Positions 42,889 through 52,930 of a stretch of DNA of 64,000 nt are shown in pieces. Positions within the stretch are counted from its first letter, which is position 1. Each line of letters opens with the position of its first letter. Location of the stretch: the NCBI GenBank assembly GCA_032128415.1, contig JAQBGW010000134.1, forward strand, positions 4,667-68,666. Reading direction: 5' to 3'. The position numbers were made by a program, and so were the translations under genes. This stretch comes from Betaproteobacteria bacterium. Its GTDB lineage: Bacteria > Pseudomonadota > Gammaproteobacteria > Burkholderiales > SG8-41. The notes under the pieces are model-generated. The model searched no databases. It was not told the DNA's origin and saw only the letters and a program-made list of their open reading frames with translations.

Positions 42889-43664
42889 TTCCTCAGCTGG
42901 CGAACGCGTTCGAACAGGCACACCGCGGCTGCAGCGCCGACATTCAGCGATTCAGCCTTTCCCGGCAGCGGGATCTGTACCGTCTCGTGAGCCAGCGCGG
43001 CGGCTGCCGCCGTCAGGCCGGCGCCCTCATTACCGAAAAGCATTGCCACGTCCCCAGACAGCTGTGCATCAAATACCGGCGTTCCGCGCCCCACGGCAGT
43101 AGCCAAGATGCGCCCGCTATATCTCTGTGCCAGTTGTTGCAAATCTGCGCCTTCAATAATCTGCACCGCAAAATGCGCACCCATGCCTGCACGCAATACC
43201 CGCGGCGACCAGGCATGAACTGAACGCGCTGAAAGACATACCGTCGGAATCGCAGCTGCTGCAGCAGAACGTAGTATGGAACCGAGATTCCCCGGATCCT
43301 GGATATCTTCCAGCCAAATACTGGCGCCGGTCAGTCGCTCGGGCATGGCAACCCGCGGCGTCGGCACCACAGCAATGATCCCGGTGGGTGTAGTCACCGA
43401 CGACAATTCGCGAAATAAGGCATCCGACAGCAACAGCGGCGTACCGGCGTGCAATGACGGCAGCAATTGCATGACTTCAGCGTTGTCAGCACCGCTGCGG
43501 CTCAGCACAATCTCCGCCGGGACACCGACCTGTTCGGCATAGGCTGATACGAGATGGATACCGTCAAGGATGGACATTCCCGCCGTGCGCCGCTCACGCG
43601 AAGACTGCGCCAGCTTCAGCAGCGCGCGAAACCGCGGATTATCAGCCGAAGTGATTATTTTCAT
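42882..43664 (-). CDS. TrmH/SpoU-family RNA 2'-O-methyltransferase
   Basis: [26 protein letters not shown] and [15 protein letters not shown]. The ATG at 43664 overlaps the stop of the upstream gene (ATGA). Confidence 0.8.
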   Translation of the reverse strand: MKIITSADNPRFRALLKLAQSSRERRTAGMSILDGIHLVSAYAEQVGVPAEIVLSRSGADNAEVMQLLPSLHAGTPLLLSDALFRELSSVTTPTGIIAVVPTPRVAMPERLTGASIWLEDIQDPGNLGSILRSAAAAAIPTVCLSARSVHAWSPRVLRAGMGAHFAVQIIEGADLQQLAQRYSGRILATAVGRGTPVFDAQLSGDVAMLFGNEGAGLTAAAAALAHETVQIPLPGKAESLNVGAAAAVCLFERVRQLRNQ

Positions 43665-45001
43665 AGTGCGCAAGTGCGAAATCCGGCAAATACATCGCGT
43701 CGGTCTGGCGTATAGAAATTGCGCCAGGTATTGCGGATCAACTCCGCGCGCGTCGCGTGACAACCGCCGCGCAATACCTTGTGTGTGCCGAACCAGGGTT
43801 CAGAATATTCCGCATAGGGATCACGCACATATCCCGGATAAGGCTGAAACCAGTCCGCCGTCCATTCCCAGACATTGCCGATCATCTGGCGCACCCCCCA
43901 GGCACTGTCTCCTGCTGCACAAGCGTTGACGGAAACACAACCACCTGCCACCCCGTACAGATTGGCCGTTGCCGCACTGGGCAGCACATTGCCCCAGGGA
44001 AAATGTCGTTTGACGCCTGACTGATCGGGTACCGTAGAAGCCGCATATTCCCACTCCGCCTCGCTGGGCAAGCGTCGTCCCGCCCAGCGACACCAGGCTT
44101 CCGCTTCGTACCAATTTACGTGCATGACGGGGGCGGCAAGCGGCAGCGGCTCCCAACGATCATAGATGCGGCATAGCCAGCCCGAGGCATCACGCCGCCA
44201 GTACACCGGCGCCGTCGCGGCTTGGCCCTTCACTGCCAGATTTTTCATCCACGCCAGGCCATCCTCGCTCCACCAATGCGGGTCAGTGTATCCGCCGGCA
44301 TCGACAAATTCCGCGAACTGCGCATTGCTCACTGGTGCACGCGCCATGCTGAACGGTTGCACCTCAATCGCATGCCCCCATTTTTCATTGTCAAAAACAA
44401 AACCACAATCGGGCTGCGCACCCAATACAAACGCGCCACCACTGATGGCCACATCGCCTGCGCAGGCATCATCCTCGGGCAGCAACACCTGACGCACTCC
44501 CGGCGGCGCCGAGTAGCCCAGCGTCTGACGTGTGTAGGTCAGCGCCTCGCCATGCATTTCCTCATGCCAGGCACTCAGTTGCGCAAAATAACCGAGCGTC
44601 GCATCTGGTGTATCCCGCAACCGCTCCCCGACCGCTGTGCGTACCGACTGCAGATATTCCAGCGTCTGCGCAGGATTTGGCAGCGGCAGATTCCAGCGCG
44701 TCGCATGGGCTACACGTGCCGAGTCGTAACATTGATCTGCGCCATCAAGCAGCGACGCACCTACTCCGTTATTGCTGTGACGGCGCAAGCACCAGTATTC
44801 CTGAAACCAGCCGATGTGACCCAGTTCCCACAATGGCGGATTGACAATATTCAGACGGGCCCCCAACCATTGCCCGGTGGAGACATCGGCGACCAGGCCC
44901 AGCGTGCGGCGACGTGCCGCATCGAGCATGGCGTTCAGTTTGGCAGGGGTCGCTGAAGTTACGTTCACTGGAAATACATCCGCTGGCAGTGCATTGCGCA
45001 T
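43661..45001 (-). CDS. senA: Nonheme-iron sulfoxide/selenoxide synthase, EgtB/SenA family (DinB_2 plus FGE-sulfatase domains); SenA-like by context
   Basis: LWELGHIGWFQEYW and the H-x3-H-x-E motif WHEEMHGE (DinB-type iron site). The C-terminal FGE-like domain has NWYEAEAWCRWAGRRLPSEAEWEYAA, GNVWEWT, and RGGCHAT. It is adjacent to a SenB-like glycosyltransferase. Family membership is high confidence; SenA specificity is moderate. Confidence 0.65.
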   Translation of the reverse strand: MRNALPADVFPVNVTSATPAKLNAMLDAARRRTLGLVADVSTGQWLGARLNIVNPPLWELGHIGWFQEYWCLRRHSNNGVGASLLDGADQCYDSARVAHATRWNLPLPNPAQTLEYLQSVRTAVGERLRDTPDATLGYFAQLSAWHEEMHGEALTYTRQTLGYSAPPGVRQVLLPEDDACAGDVAISGGAFVLGAQPDCGFVFDNEKWGHAIEVQPFSMARAPVSNAQFAEFVDAGGYTDPHWWSEDGLAWMKNLAVKGQAATAPVYWRRDASGWLCRIYDRWEPLPLAAPVMHVNWYEAEAWCRWAGRRLPSEAEWEYAASTVPDQSGVKRHFPWGNVLPSAATANLYGVAGGCVSVNACAAGDSAWGVRQMIGNVWEWTADWFQPYPGYVRDPYAEYSEPWFGTHKVLRGGCHATRAELIRNTWRNFYTPDRRDVFAGFRTCAL

Positions 45002-45054
45002 GGCGCATTGCAGTTTGTTATAGTCAACTGCAAGTGTATCCGGATCACTGCTCC

Positions 45055-46008
45055 ATGAACATTGCCCTCGTTACGCCTGCAGGCCCGCGATCCCGTTACG
45101 GCAATCGCAACACTGCCGTGCGCTGGGCGCACATGCTGCGCGCACACGGTCACTACGTCACTGTGCAGGAATCCTGGAATGGACGCGCCGCCGATCTGTT
45201 GCTGGCACTGCACGCCCGCCGCAGCCATGACTCGATCGTGCGATTTGCCGAACGTTTTCCCGAACGCCCGCTGATTGTCACACTGACCGGCACTGATCTT
45301 TATCGCGATATTCGCTCCGACGTCAATGCCCAGGAATCGCTGGAACTCGCCACCCGCCTCATTGTCCTGCAGGATCAGGGATTGCTGGAATTACCGCAGC
45401 GTTTACGCCGCAAGACCAGCGTTGTGTACCAGTCCTGCGACCCCATTAAGCGCCTGCCGCTGCTGGATAACTGCTTTGAAATCGTCGTCAGCGGGCATCT
45501 GCGGGCCGAAAAAGATCCATTCCGCACCGCGGCTGCATTGCAGTATCTGCCGCAGGACAGCCGTATCCGCATTACTCACATCGGCGGTGCCCGCACTCCC
45601 GAATTCGCCGCAACCGCGCGCCAGTGGATGAAGCGTGAGCAGCGTTATCGCTGGTTGGGCGAAGTCACACACCGGCGCGCATTAAAAGTGCTTGCGCGCT
45701 GCCGTGCCATGATCATCAGTTCGTTGATGGAAGGCGGGGCCAATGTGGTCAGCGAAGCGCTGGTCGCCCGGACACCGGTCATCGCATCACGCATATCCGG
45801 CAATGCCGGTCTGCTTGGCGTTGACTATCGCGGCTATTTTCCGGTGGGCAATGCACGCGCTCTGGCGCGATTGCTCACAAAAATTGAATCGGAACCGCGG
45901 TTTCTCACCACACTGCGCCAGCAGTGTGCGGCGCGGCGCAAACGCATCACCCCGGCCCGTGAACGCAATGCGCTGCTGCACATTGTTGCCGACGCAGCGT
46001 ACACGTGA
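45055..46008 (+). CDS. senB: GT-B glycosyltransferase resembling selenosugar synthase SenB (TIGR04348-type family)
   Basis: MNIALVTPAGPRSRYGNRNTAVRWAHMLRAHGH, LTGTDLYRD and SLMEGGANVVSEAL. The family assignment is from memory of the sequence pattern plus the divergent pairing with the EgtB/SenA-like gene. Confidence 0.55.
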   Translation: MNIALVTPAGPRSRYGNRNTAVRWAHMLRAHGHYVTVQESWNGRAADLLLALHARRSHDSIVRFAERFPERPLIVTLTGTDLYRDIRSDVNAQESLELATRLIVLQDQGLLELPQRLRRKTSVVYQSCDPIKRLPLLDNCFEIVVSGHLRAEKDPFRTAAALQYLPQDSRIRITHIGGARTPEFAATARQWMKREQRYRWLGEVTHRRALKVLARCRAMIISSLMEGGANVVSEALVARTPVIASRISGNAGLLGVDYRGYFPVGNARALARLLTKIESEPRFLTTLRQQCAARRKRITPARERNALLHIVADAAYT

Positions 46009-46026
46009 AATCGTAAGTCGTTGTTT

Positions 46027-46599
46027 TTATTTACTTTTTTTAATCGCGGCGCGTACCGGCGCGAAGCTGCTCCGGTGTGCTGGTGTCGGTCCCAAGCGCT
46101 GCAAAGCAGCCATGTGGAATGCAGTGCCATAGCCCTTATGCCGGTCAAACCCATAACCGGGAAATGCATCGTGCAATTCCAGCATCACCGCATCGCGGGC
46201 CACCTTGGCCAGTATCGAAGCGGCAGAGATAGCCGGCACGGTCGCATCACCCTTCACAATGGCGCGTGCCGGCATGGCAACTTTCGGGCAATACAAACCA
46301 TCGACCAGAATCTGCGCCGGCGGCGTATTTAACTGCTGCACTGCGCGCTGCATGGCCAGCAAACTGGCTTGCAGGATATTCAGCGTATCGATTTCTTCCA
46401 CGGTGGCGCTGGCGACTGCCCAACATACTGCGCAATTGCGAATTTCATTGGCGAGTTGCTCACGACGTCGTGCCGACAATTTTTTGGAGTCGGCAAGACC
46501 CGACAGCGGCGGCGGATCCACAAGCATAACCGCAGCCGCAAACACCGGCCCCGCCAACGGCCCGCGTCCTGCTTCATCAACACCGCAGACCAGACGCAC
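46027..46599 (-). CDS. rnhB: Ribonuclease HII
   Basis: [15 protein letters not shown] and DSKKLS. Confidence 0.9.
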   Translation of the reverse strand: MRLVCGVDEAGRGPLAGPVFAAAVMLVDPPPLSGLADSKKLSARRREQLANEIRNCAVCWAVASATVEEIDTLNILQASLLAMQRAVQQLNTPPAQILVDGLYCPKVAMPARAIVKGDATVPAISAASILAKVARDAVMLELHDAFPGYGFDRHKGYGTAFHMAALQRLGPTPAHRSSFAPVRAAIKKSK

Positions 46600-46600
46600 G

Positions 46601-47773
46601 TCAGCTTACCGGGGCCGTCAGATACGGCAGCACTGCATCGGCTGCACGCTCAGCAGCATCGTGACGCAGTTCCTGCGCCATCACCGCAAAGCGCTCCTCA
46701 ATGGCACGTCGTCGAGGCTGATCGCGGAGTAACTCAATCACTGCATTCGCCAGAGCATCTGGTGTCGCAGCGCCCTGCAGCAATTCCGGCACGACGAATT
46801 CTCCAGCCAGAATGTTGGGCAGCCCCACCCACGGCTGGTAGCGCCGGATACACATCATCCACCAACTCAGACGCGGCATCTTATAGGTGATAACCATGGG
46901 TCGCTGCAACAAAGCTGCTTCCAGCGTGGCGGTTCCGGAGGCCAGCAAAACCACGTCTGCTGCAGCCATGGCTTCGTGGGCATGGGCGAACAACAGCGTG
47001 ATGTTCAATTCACCTTGCACCCGCCGGTAGAGTGCGGCCTCAAACAATTCCCGGGTCTGGCGATTGAGCAGTGGCACCAGCAGACGCACGCCTTCCACAG
47101 CGCCAGCAATTTTTTCTGCGGTCGCCACGAACAGATCGGCCATCGCCTGCAATTCGCTGACCCTACTGCCCGGCAACAACGCGACCACGGGCACGGCCAG
47201 CGGCAGGCGCAGTTCGGTACGCGCTTCTGCGCGCGACGGCATCTTGGCCAATTGATCGGCGAGCGGATGGCCCACATAACTGACTGGCACGCCGGCCCGC
47301 TCATAAATGGCGGCCTCAAAGGGAAAGACCGTCAGCATGCGCGAAACCGCACGACGTATCTTGCCGATGCGCCCCCCGCGCCAGGCCCAGATCGACGGAC
47401 TGACATAATGCACGGTGGGAATGCCGGCATTCTTCAATGCCAATTCCAGGTCCAGATTGAAATCTGGCGCATCCACACCAATAAACACAACCGGGCGTTC
47501 CGCAAGAAACCGGCGCTTCAATTCGCGACGTATGCCAACGATCTCTCGATAGTGCCACAGCACCTCGACATAACCCCGGACCGACAGTTTATCCAGCGGA
47601 AACCACGAGTGAACACCGGCAGCAGCCATCTTTGGCCCACCAATCCCGACAAATCGGGCGCGCGGGATGCGCTGTCGCAAGGCCTGCACCAGTGCGCCGC
47701 CGAGCAGATCGCCCGATGGCTCCCCCGCGACGATGCCGATCAGTGGACCGGTGGAAGAATGATCATCCGTCAC
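46601..47773 (-). CDS. lpxB: Lipid-A-disaccharide synthase
   Basis: [15 protein letters not shown] and [10 protein letters not shown]. The GTG at 47773, 5 nt after the lpxA stop, is the likely start; the longer ORF overlaps lpxA. Confidence 0.9.
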   Translation of the reverse strand: MTDDHSSTGPLIGIVAGEPSGDLLGGALVQALRQRIPRARFVGIGGPKMAAAGVHSWFPLDKLSVRGYVEVLWHYREIVGIRRELKRRFLAERPVVFIGVDAPDFNLDLELALKNAGIPTVHYVSPSIWAWRGGRIGKIRRAVSRMLTVFPFEAAIYERAGVPVSYVGHPLADQLAKMPSRAEARTELRLPLAVPVVALLPGSRVSELQAMADLFVATAEKIAGAVEGVRLLVPLLNRQTRELFEAALYRRVQGELNITLLFAHAHEAMAAADVVLLASGTATLEAALLQRPMVITYKMPRLSWWMMCIRRYQPWVGLPNILAGEFVVPELLQGAATPDALANAVIELLRDQPRRRAIEERFAVMAQELRHDAAERAADAVLPYLTAPVS

Positions 47774-47778
47774 GGCCG

Positions 47779-48558
47779 TCAGCGGATGATGCCGCGACCG
47801 GGCGTAGCGATAAACTGCGCCAGCGGCAACAGCGCAGCCTCCGTTTGCGCTGCGGCCACTATCTGCGAGCACGCCTGATCGAATGACAGCCCGGATTTGT
47901 ACAGTGTTTTGTAGGCGCGCTTGATGCCGGCAATGGCGTCGGCGGAAAATCCACGTCGTTTGAGACCCTCAGAATTGATGCCATGCGGTTCCGCGGCATT
48001 GCCGGAGGCCGTCACGAATGGCGGCAAATCCTGCAGCAGGATGGTCCCCATAGCGGTAATACTGTGTGCACCAATGCGGCAATATTGATGGACAACCGTA
48101 AAGCCACCAAGGATCGCGAAGTCGTCGACATGCACATGACCGGCGAGTTGAGCGTTATTGGCAAAAATTGTATCGCTGCCGATCTGGCAATCATGGGCGA
48201 GATGCACATAAGCCATGATCCAGTTGCGATTGCCGACACGAGTCACACCACCGTCCTGCACCGTGCCACGATTGAAAGTGCAAAATTCGCGCACGGTATT
48301 GTCATCGCCGATTTCGAGTCGCGTCGGCTCTCCGGCGTACTTCATGTCCTGCGGCGATTCACCAATGGAAGAGAACTGGTAAAACTTGTTGCGCGCACCG
48401 ATCCGCGTATGCGGTCCAATCACCACATGCGGCCCGATGCGGGTCGCCGGGCCGATTTCAGTATCAGCTCCGACAATCGAATAAGCGCCGACCTCGACAT
48501 CCGGCGCCAAGCGCGCCTGAGGGTCGATGATCGCTGTGGAATGGATGCGTGCCGGCAC
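47779..48558 (-). CDS. lpxA: Acyl-ACP--UDP-N-acetylglucosamine O-acyltransferase
   Basis: IHSTAIIDP, hexapeptide repeats and a C-terminal helical domain. Confidence 0.95.
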   Translation of the reverse strand: MPARIHSTAIIDPQARLAPDVEVGAYSIVGADTEIGPATRIGPHVVIGPHTRIGARNKFYQFSSIGESPQDMKYAGEPTRLEIGDDNTVREFCTFNRGTVQDGGVTRVGNRNWIMAYVHLAHDCQIGSDTIFANNAQLAGHVHVDDFAILGGFTVVHQYCRIGAHSITAMGTILLQDLPPFVTASGNAAEPHGINSEGLKRRGFSADAIAGIKRAYKTLYKSGLSFDQACSQIVAAAQTEAALLPLAQFIATPGRGIIR

Positions 48559-48564
48559 AGTCGT

Positions 48565-49023
48565 TCAGGCCGTATTACCAGGCAGATCACGCACGGCGCA
48601 CATCAGGTCTGCTTCTGCAACCATTGCACCATCAACATGCGCTTCAGCATGAAATTTCCAGATGCCACGCAAGTTTCTGAGTAACGTTACGCGCAGCCGA
48701 AGCGCATCACCAGCCGTTACCGGACGCTTGAAACGTGCATTGTCTATGCCAACAAAATAATAGATCGACTGGTTGTCTGACTTTACGCCCATGGTGATGA
48801 AAGACAGAATAGCCGCAGCCTGCGCCATGGCTTCGACGATCAATACGCCGGGCATGACTGGGTGATGTGGAAAATGCCCTGCAAAAAAAGGCTCATTGAT
48901 GGTCACATTTTTCAGCGCCTCAATATGCTTCCCCGACTCGCATTCCAGCACCCGGTCTATCAGCAGAAACGGGTAACGGTGCGGCAAATAGCGCAGCACC
49001 TCGTGTATATCCATGCTGCTCAT
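48565..49023 (-). CDS. fabZ: 3-hydroxyacyl-ACP dehydratase
   Basis: [13 protein letters not shown] and [23 protein letters not shown]. Confidence 0.95.
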   Translation of the reverse strand: MSSMDIHEVLRYLPHRYPFLLIDRVLECESGKHIEALKNVTINEPFFAGHFPHHPVMPGVLIVEAMAQAAAILSFITMGVKSDNQSIYYFVGIDNARFKRPVTAGDALRLRVTLLRNLRGIWKFHAEAHVDGAMVAEADLMCAVRDLPGNTA

Positions 49024-50066
49024 GATTCGCCTTTCTCGCGAGTTTTCAACGCCTGCTCAAGGTTACGAACCCTGACAACCAGATCCGCCAGATTACGCAG
49101 GCTGGCCGCATTTCGGCGCCAGTCGCGGTTAAGTTCAATCGGATACGCGCCGGTGTACGTGCCCGGTTCAGTTATGGATTTGGTCACCAGTGTATGCGCC
49201 GAAATTTCCACATTGTCTGTGATGCTCAGGTGGCCAGCAATGCCGGAAGCGCCACCGATACGGCAAGAACGTCCAATACGCGAACTGCCAGCAATACCCA
49301 CGCACGCAGCAATGGCCGTACCGGCTCCGATACGCACGTTGTGGGCCACCTGAACGAGGTTGTCTATTTTTATGCCATCTTCGAGGATCGTATCGTCAAT
49401 GGCGCCACGGTCGATGGTCGTGTTGGCACCGATTTCCACATCATCACCGATGAGTACCCGCCCAATCTGCGGCACCTTGAGCCATTTACCATCGTCCATT
49501 GCAATACCAAAACCATCGGCACCAATGACCGCGCCGGCATGCACAATCGCACGCTTGCCCAGGGTACATTCCCGGTAGATGGTGACATTCGGGTACAGCA
49601 AACTGTCTTCGCCCACCGTGGAATCAGTTCCAATATAACTTCCGGCGCCGATACTGCTTCCTGCGCCTATCACTGCTCCCGCCTCAATCACGGCCAGCGG
49701 TCCGACATACACGCGATCGGCAATTTTCGCGTCGTGATGAACAATTGCGCTTGTATGTATGCCGGCACCCGGCATGGCGACGGGATTAAAAAGGGCCGAC
49801 ACCCGGGCAAAATACGCGTAAGGATTGTCCGCTACGATATGGGGGATGGCCAGCGAACCACGCTGACTCTCGCCGACTATGACTGCTCCAGCGCGGGTAT
49901 CCTTCAATTTTCCGAGATAGCGTTCGTTCGCCAGAAAAGTGATGGTGTCCGGCTGCGCTCCCTCCAGTGTCGAAACTTGTCGCAGTTGCACCGAGGCGTC
50001 GCCTATCAGTTCGCCGCCAAGCCGTGCCACAATTTCTCCGAGGCGGAGGGTAGAAATCGCTCTCAT
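49020..50066 (-). CDS. lpxD: UDP-3-O-acylglucosamine N-acyltransferase
   Basis: 348 aa with an extended left-handed beta-helix of hexapeptide repeats. It sits in the skp-lpxD-fabZ position. Confidence 0.95.
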   Translation of the reverse strand: MRAISTLRLGEIVARLGGELIGDASVQLRQVSTLEGAQPDTITFLANERYLGKLKDTRAGAVIVGESQRGSLAIPHIVADNPYAYFARVSALFNPVAMPGAGIHTSAIVHHDAKIADRVYVGPLAVIEAGAVIGAGSSIGAGSYIGTDSTVGEDSLLYPNVTIYRECTLGKRAIVHAGAVIGADGFGIAMDDGKWLKVPQIGRVLIGDDVEIGANTTIDRGAIDDTILEDGIKIDNLVQVAHNVRIGAGTAIAACVGIAGSSRIGRSCRIGGASGIAGHLSITDNVEISAHTLVTKSITEPGTYTGAYPIELNRDWRRNAASLRNLADLVVRVRNLEQALKTREKGES

Positions 50067-50128
50067 CTGGACTCAGGATCAGGTAATACAGTCAGGGGAA
50101 ACGCGACCAAGTGTCGTATGCCGTGAGC

Positions 50129-50632
50129 TTATTTGGCTTCGGCAAGAGCTTTCAACACTTTGTCCGTGATGTCGATCTTCGGATTACGATACACCGCTTC
50201 CTGAAAAATGATGTCGTAATTTTCCTCCTCCGCAATCTGTTTGATCACCCGGTTTGCCCGCTCAAACAGTGAACCCAGTTCCTGATTGCGACGCAAGTTC
50301 AGATCTTCACGGTACTCGCGCTGCAAGCGCTGAAAATCAAGAGTCAAACGGCCCAATTCCTGCTCTTTGGAACGGCGGTCGGATTCGCTCATGGCCAGCG
50401 CATCTTTTTCAAGCTGACCTTGCAGCGATTTGATCTGCGCTTCGCGCCGTTGCAGTTCCTGTGCCCGCGGCGCGAATTCCTTTTCCAATTGTTTGCTGGC
50501 CTGCTCGGCGGGCGCACTTTCCCGAGTAATGCGTTCCTGGTCTATAAAACCGACTTTCAAATCGGCCGCCGCGCCAATGGTCGATGCACTCGCCAGCAAC
50601 AACGCTGTCAGCCCCGCAAAAATATGTTTCAC
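50129..50632 (-). CDS. skp: Periplasmic chaperone Skp/OmpH
   Basis: Signal peptide KHIFAGLTALLLASAS..AAA followed by a coiled coil rich in Q/E/K. The GTG at 50632 is preceded by GAAGGAGA. Confidence 0.8.
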   Translation of the reverse strand: MKHIFAGLTALLLASASTIGAAADLKVGFIDQERITRESAPAEQASKQLEKEFAPRAQELQRREAQIKSLQGQLEKDALAMSESDRRSKEQELGRLTLDFQRLQREYREDLNLRRNQELGSLFERANRVIKQIAEEENYDIIFQEAVYRNPKIDITDKVLKALAEAK

Positions 50633-50657
50633 GCACTCTCCTTCAATTCTTCCACTG

Positions 50658-52928
50658 TCAAAATACACCACCAAACGTGAACTGAACTAACTGCGTACGA
50701 TCGCCGACTCCAGCGTTCAGCGCCTTGGCGACACTAAGCTTCAGTGGTCCCAGCGGTGAGGACCAGAACACCGCCAATCCGGACGAATAGCGAAAAGCGT
50801 TTCCATCATACCGGTTATCGCTAACCATGCCGGCGTCAGCAAAGGCGCTTAGCCGTACCGACCGGTCATTCTGCAAGCCGGGAAACGGGAACAGAAACTC
50901 CGCATTCCCCACCATCCGGTGACTACCGCCGCGCGGATCACCGTTCTGATCCTTGGGCCCGATGCTGGACGACCGGTAACCACGGACAGAGTTTACACCG
51001 CCGGCAAAAAAGTTCTTGAAAAACGGCAACGGCTTGCCGCCGGATCCTGCGCCATAACCGATCTCACCGTTCAGCATCAAGGTGTAATGCCGGGTCAGCG
51101 GAAAATACTGCTGGTACTGATAGGTGGCCTTATGGTATTGCAGCGATCCCCCAGGCAACCCCACTTCCCCCCCTGCGCGCTGCAATGTACCCTTGGTGGG
51201 ATAAATCAGGCTGTCGCGGCCATCCCTGACCCAGCCGACTGAGCCCAGCACGGCATCCGTGTCCTGGCCAAACGTAGCCACATAATCAAGGTAAAACAAC
51301 GGGCTGTCGATAAAAGTCGTGATCGAAGTGCTTTCATAACCCAGCCCATAGGTAATGGTATCCAGCTCGGTTACGGGCACACCGAAGCGCACTCCGCCAC
51401 CCACAGACTTGGTTTGATACCGCCCCAGCCCGCCCTGCGCCGCATCAACATCACGGGTATAGATGTCGAATCCCTGGCTGATGCCGTCTATCGTGAAATA
51501 AGGATCGGTATAGGAAAGCGAATAGACGGTGTTAACCTTGCTGCTGTTCACCTGGATCCCCACGTGTTTGCCGGATCCAAAAATGTTTTGCTGTGACACC
51601 GAACCCGACAGCACTACCCCTTCGCTGCTGCCGAATCCGGCACCAAACAGGATGTTGCCGGTCGGCTTCTCGGTCACCGTAAAATTCACATCGACCTGAT
51701 CAGTACTCCCCGTCACCGAAGGTGTTTCCACTGTAACTTCCGTGAAATGTCCCAACCTATCGATTCGGCTGCGGGATAGATTGATCTTGTCGCCTGAATA
51801 CCAGCCACCTTCCAACTGGCGCATTTCCCGGCGAATGACTTCATCTCGTGTACGGTTATTGCCAGCGACATTAATCCTGCGCACATAAACCCGACGACCG
51901 GGATCAATAAAAAAAGTAAACGCCGCCTGGTTCTTGGCTTTGTCGAGATCAGGCACTGCATTGACGTTTGCAAATGCATATCCGTCGTTACTTAAGCGGT
52001 CGCTGATATTTTTGGTCGATTCGGAAATCCGGATTCGCGAATACACTTCGCCATTTTTCACCGTAATCAGCTTGAGAATTTCCGCCTCGGGTATCAACAT
52101 GTCACCAGCGACCTTGATGCTGGAAACGGTGAATTTTGGTCCTTCGGCAATACTGACACTGATATAAATATCCTTCTTGTCAGGCGAAATAGTCACCTGC
52201 GTAGAATCGATGTTGAATAGCAGATACCCCCGATCCAGGTAAAAGGATCGCAGCACCTCGAGATCAGCCCCCAGTTTCTGACGGGAATACTGATCGTGCT
52301 TGCTCCACCAGGTCATCCACCCCGGTGTGCGCGACACGAACAGGTCGATCAGATCCTGCTCCTCGAAAGACTTCGCCCCGATGATGCTGATCTCGCGGAT
52401 TTTCGCGACATCCCCCTCATCAACCGTAAAATTGACGGCGACGCGATTCCGTTCCAGCGGCGTTATGGTGGTAGTAACCACCACAGCGTAGCGACCGAGA
52501 CTGAGATACTGACGTTTGAGCTCCTGCTCTGCCCGATCCAGTTGCGAACGATCAAAAATGCGCCCTTCACTCAGTCCAATCTGGCGCAGACTCTTAAGAA
52601 GTTGATCCTTGTCGAATTCCTTGATTCCAGTGAACTCCACCTGCGCGATAGATGAACGCTCCTGCACGGCAATGACCAGCACATTGCCGTCGGCCTCGAT
52701 AGAAACATCCTTGTAAAACCCGGTTCCGAACAGCGCACGGATCGCCTGTGCGGCCTTCTCGTCACTCATGGTGTCGCCCACTTTGACGGGAAGATAACTG
52801 AACACAGTGCCGGCTTCGGTTCGCTGAATGCCTTCGACCCGGATATCCTTTATGACAAACGGTTCAATTGCAAAAACAGGAGCAGCAGCAGCCAAAATTG
52901 CCGCGCAGAACCAACGATGAAATACCAT
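50658..52928 (-). CDS. bamA: Outer membrane protein assembly factor BamA
   Basis: POTRA repeats (IKDIRVEGIQRTE...) and a C-terminal Omp85 barrel ending in ...QFTFGGVF. Confidence 0.95.
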   Translation of the reverse strand: MVFHRWFCAAILAAAAPVFAIEPFVIKDIRVEGIQRTEAGTVFSYLPVKVGDTMSDEKAAQAIRALFGTGFYKDVSIEADGNVLVIAVQERSSIAQVEFTGIKEFDKDQLLKSLRQIGLSEGRIFDRSQLDRAEQELKRQYLSLGRYAVVVTTTITPLERNRVAVNFTVDEGDVAKIREISIIGAKSFEEQDLIDLFVSRTPGWMTWWSKHDQYSRQKLGADLEVLRSFYLDRGYLLFNIDSTQVTISPDKKDIYISVSIAEGPKFTVSSIKVAGDMLIPEAEILKLITVKNGEVYSRIRISESTKNISDRLSNDGYAFANVNAVPDLDKAKNQAAFTFFIDPGRRVYVRRINVAGNNRTRDEVIRREMRQLEGGWYSGDKINLSRSRIDRLGHFTEVTVETPSVTGSTDQVDVNFTVTEKPTGNILFGAGFGSSEGVVLSGSVSQQNIFGSGKHVGIQVNSSKVNTVYSLSYTDPYFTIDGISQGFDIYTRDVDAAQGGLGRYQTKSVGGGVRFGVPVTELDTITYGLGYESTSITTFIDSPLFYLDYVATFGQDTDAVLGSVGWVRDGRDSLIYPTKGTLQRAGGEVGLPGGSLQYHKATYQYQQYFPLTRHYTLMLNGEIGYGAGSGGKPLPFFKNFFAGGVNSVRGYRSSSIGPKDQNGDPRGGSHRMVGNAEFLFPFPGLQNDRSVRLSAFADAGMVSDNRYDGNAFRYSSGLAVFWSSPLGPLKLSVAKALNAGVGDRTQLVQFTFGGVF

Positions 52929-52930
52929 AT

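Noticed and set aside
44990-45054. Short repeats (GCATTGC twice, TGCGCA palindrome) around the senA-like start codon as an operator
   Set aside because: They are too short and partly within coding sequence. They cannot be told from chance without comparative data, so they are mentioned only here.
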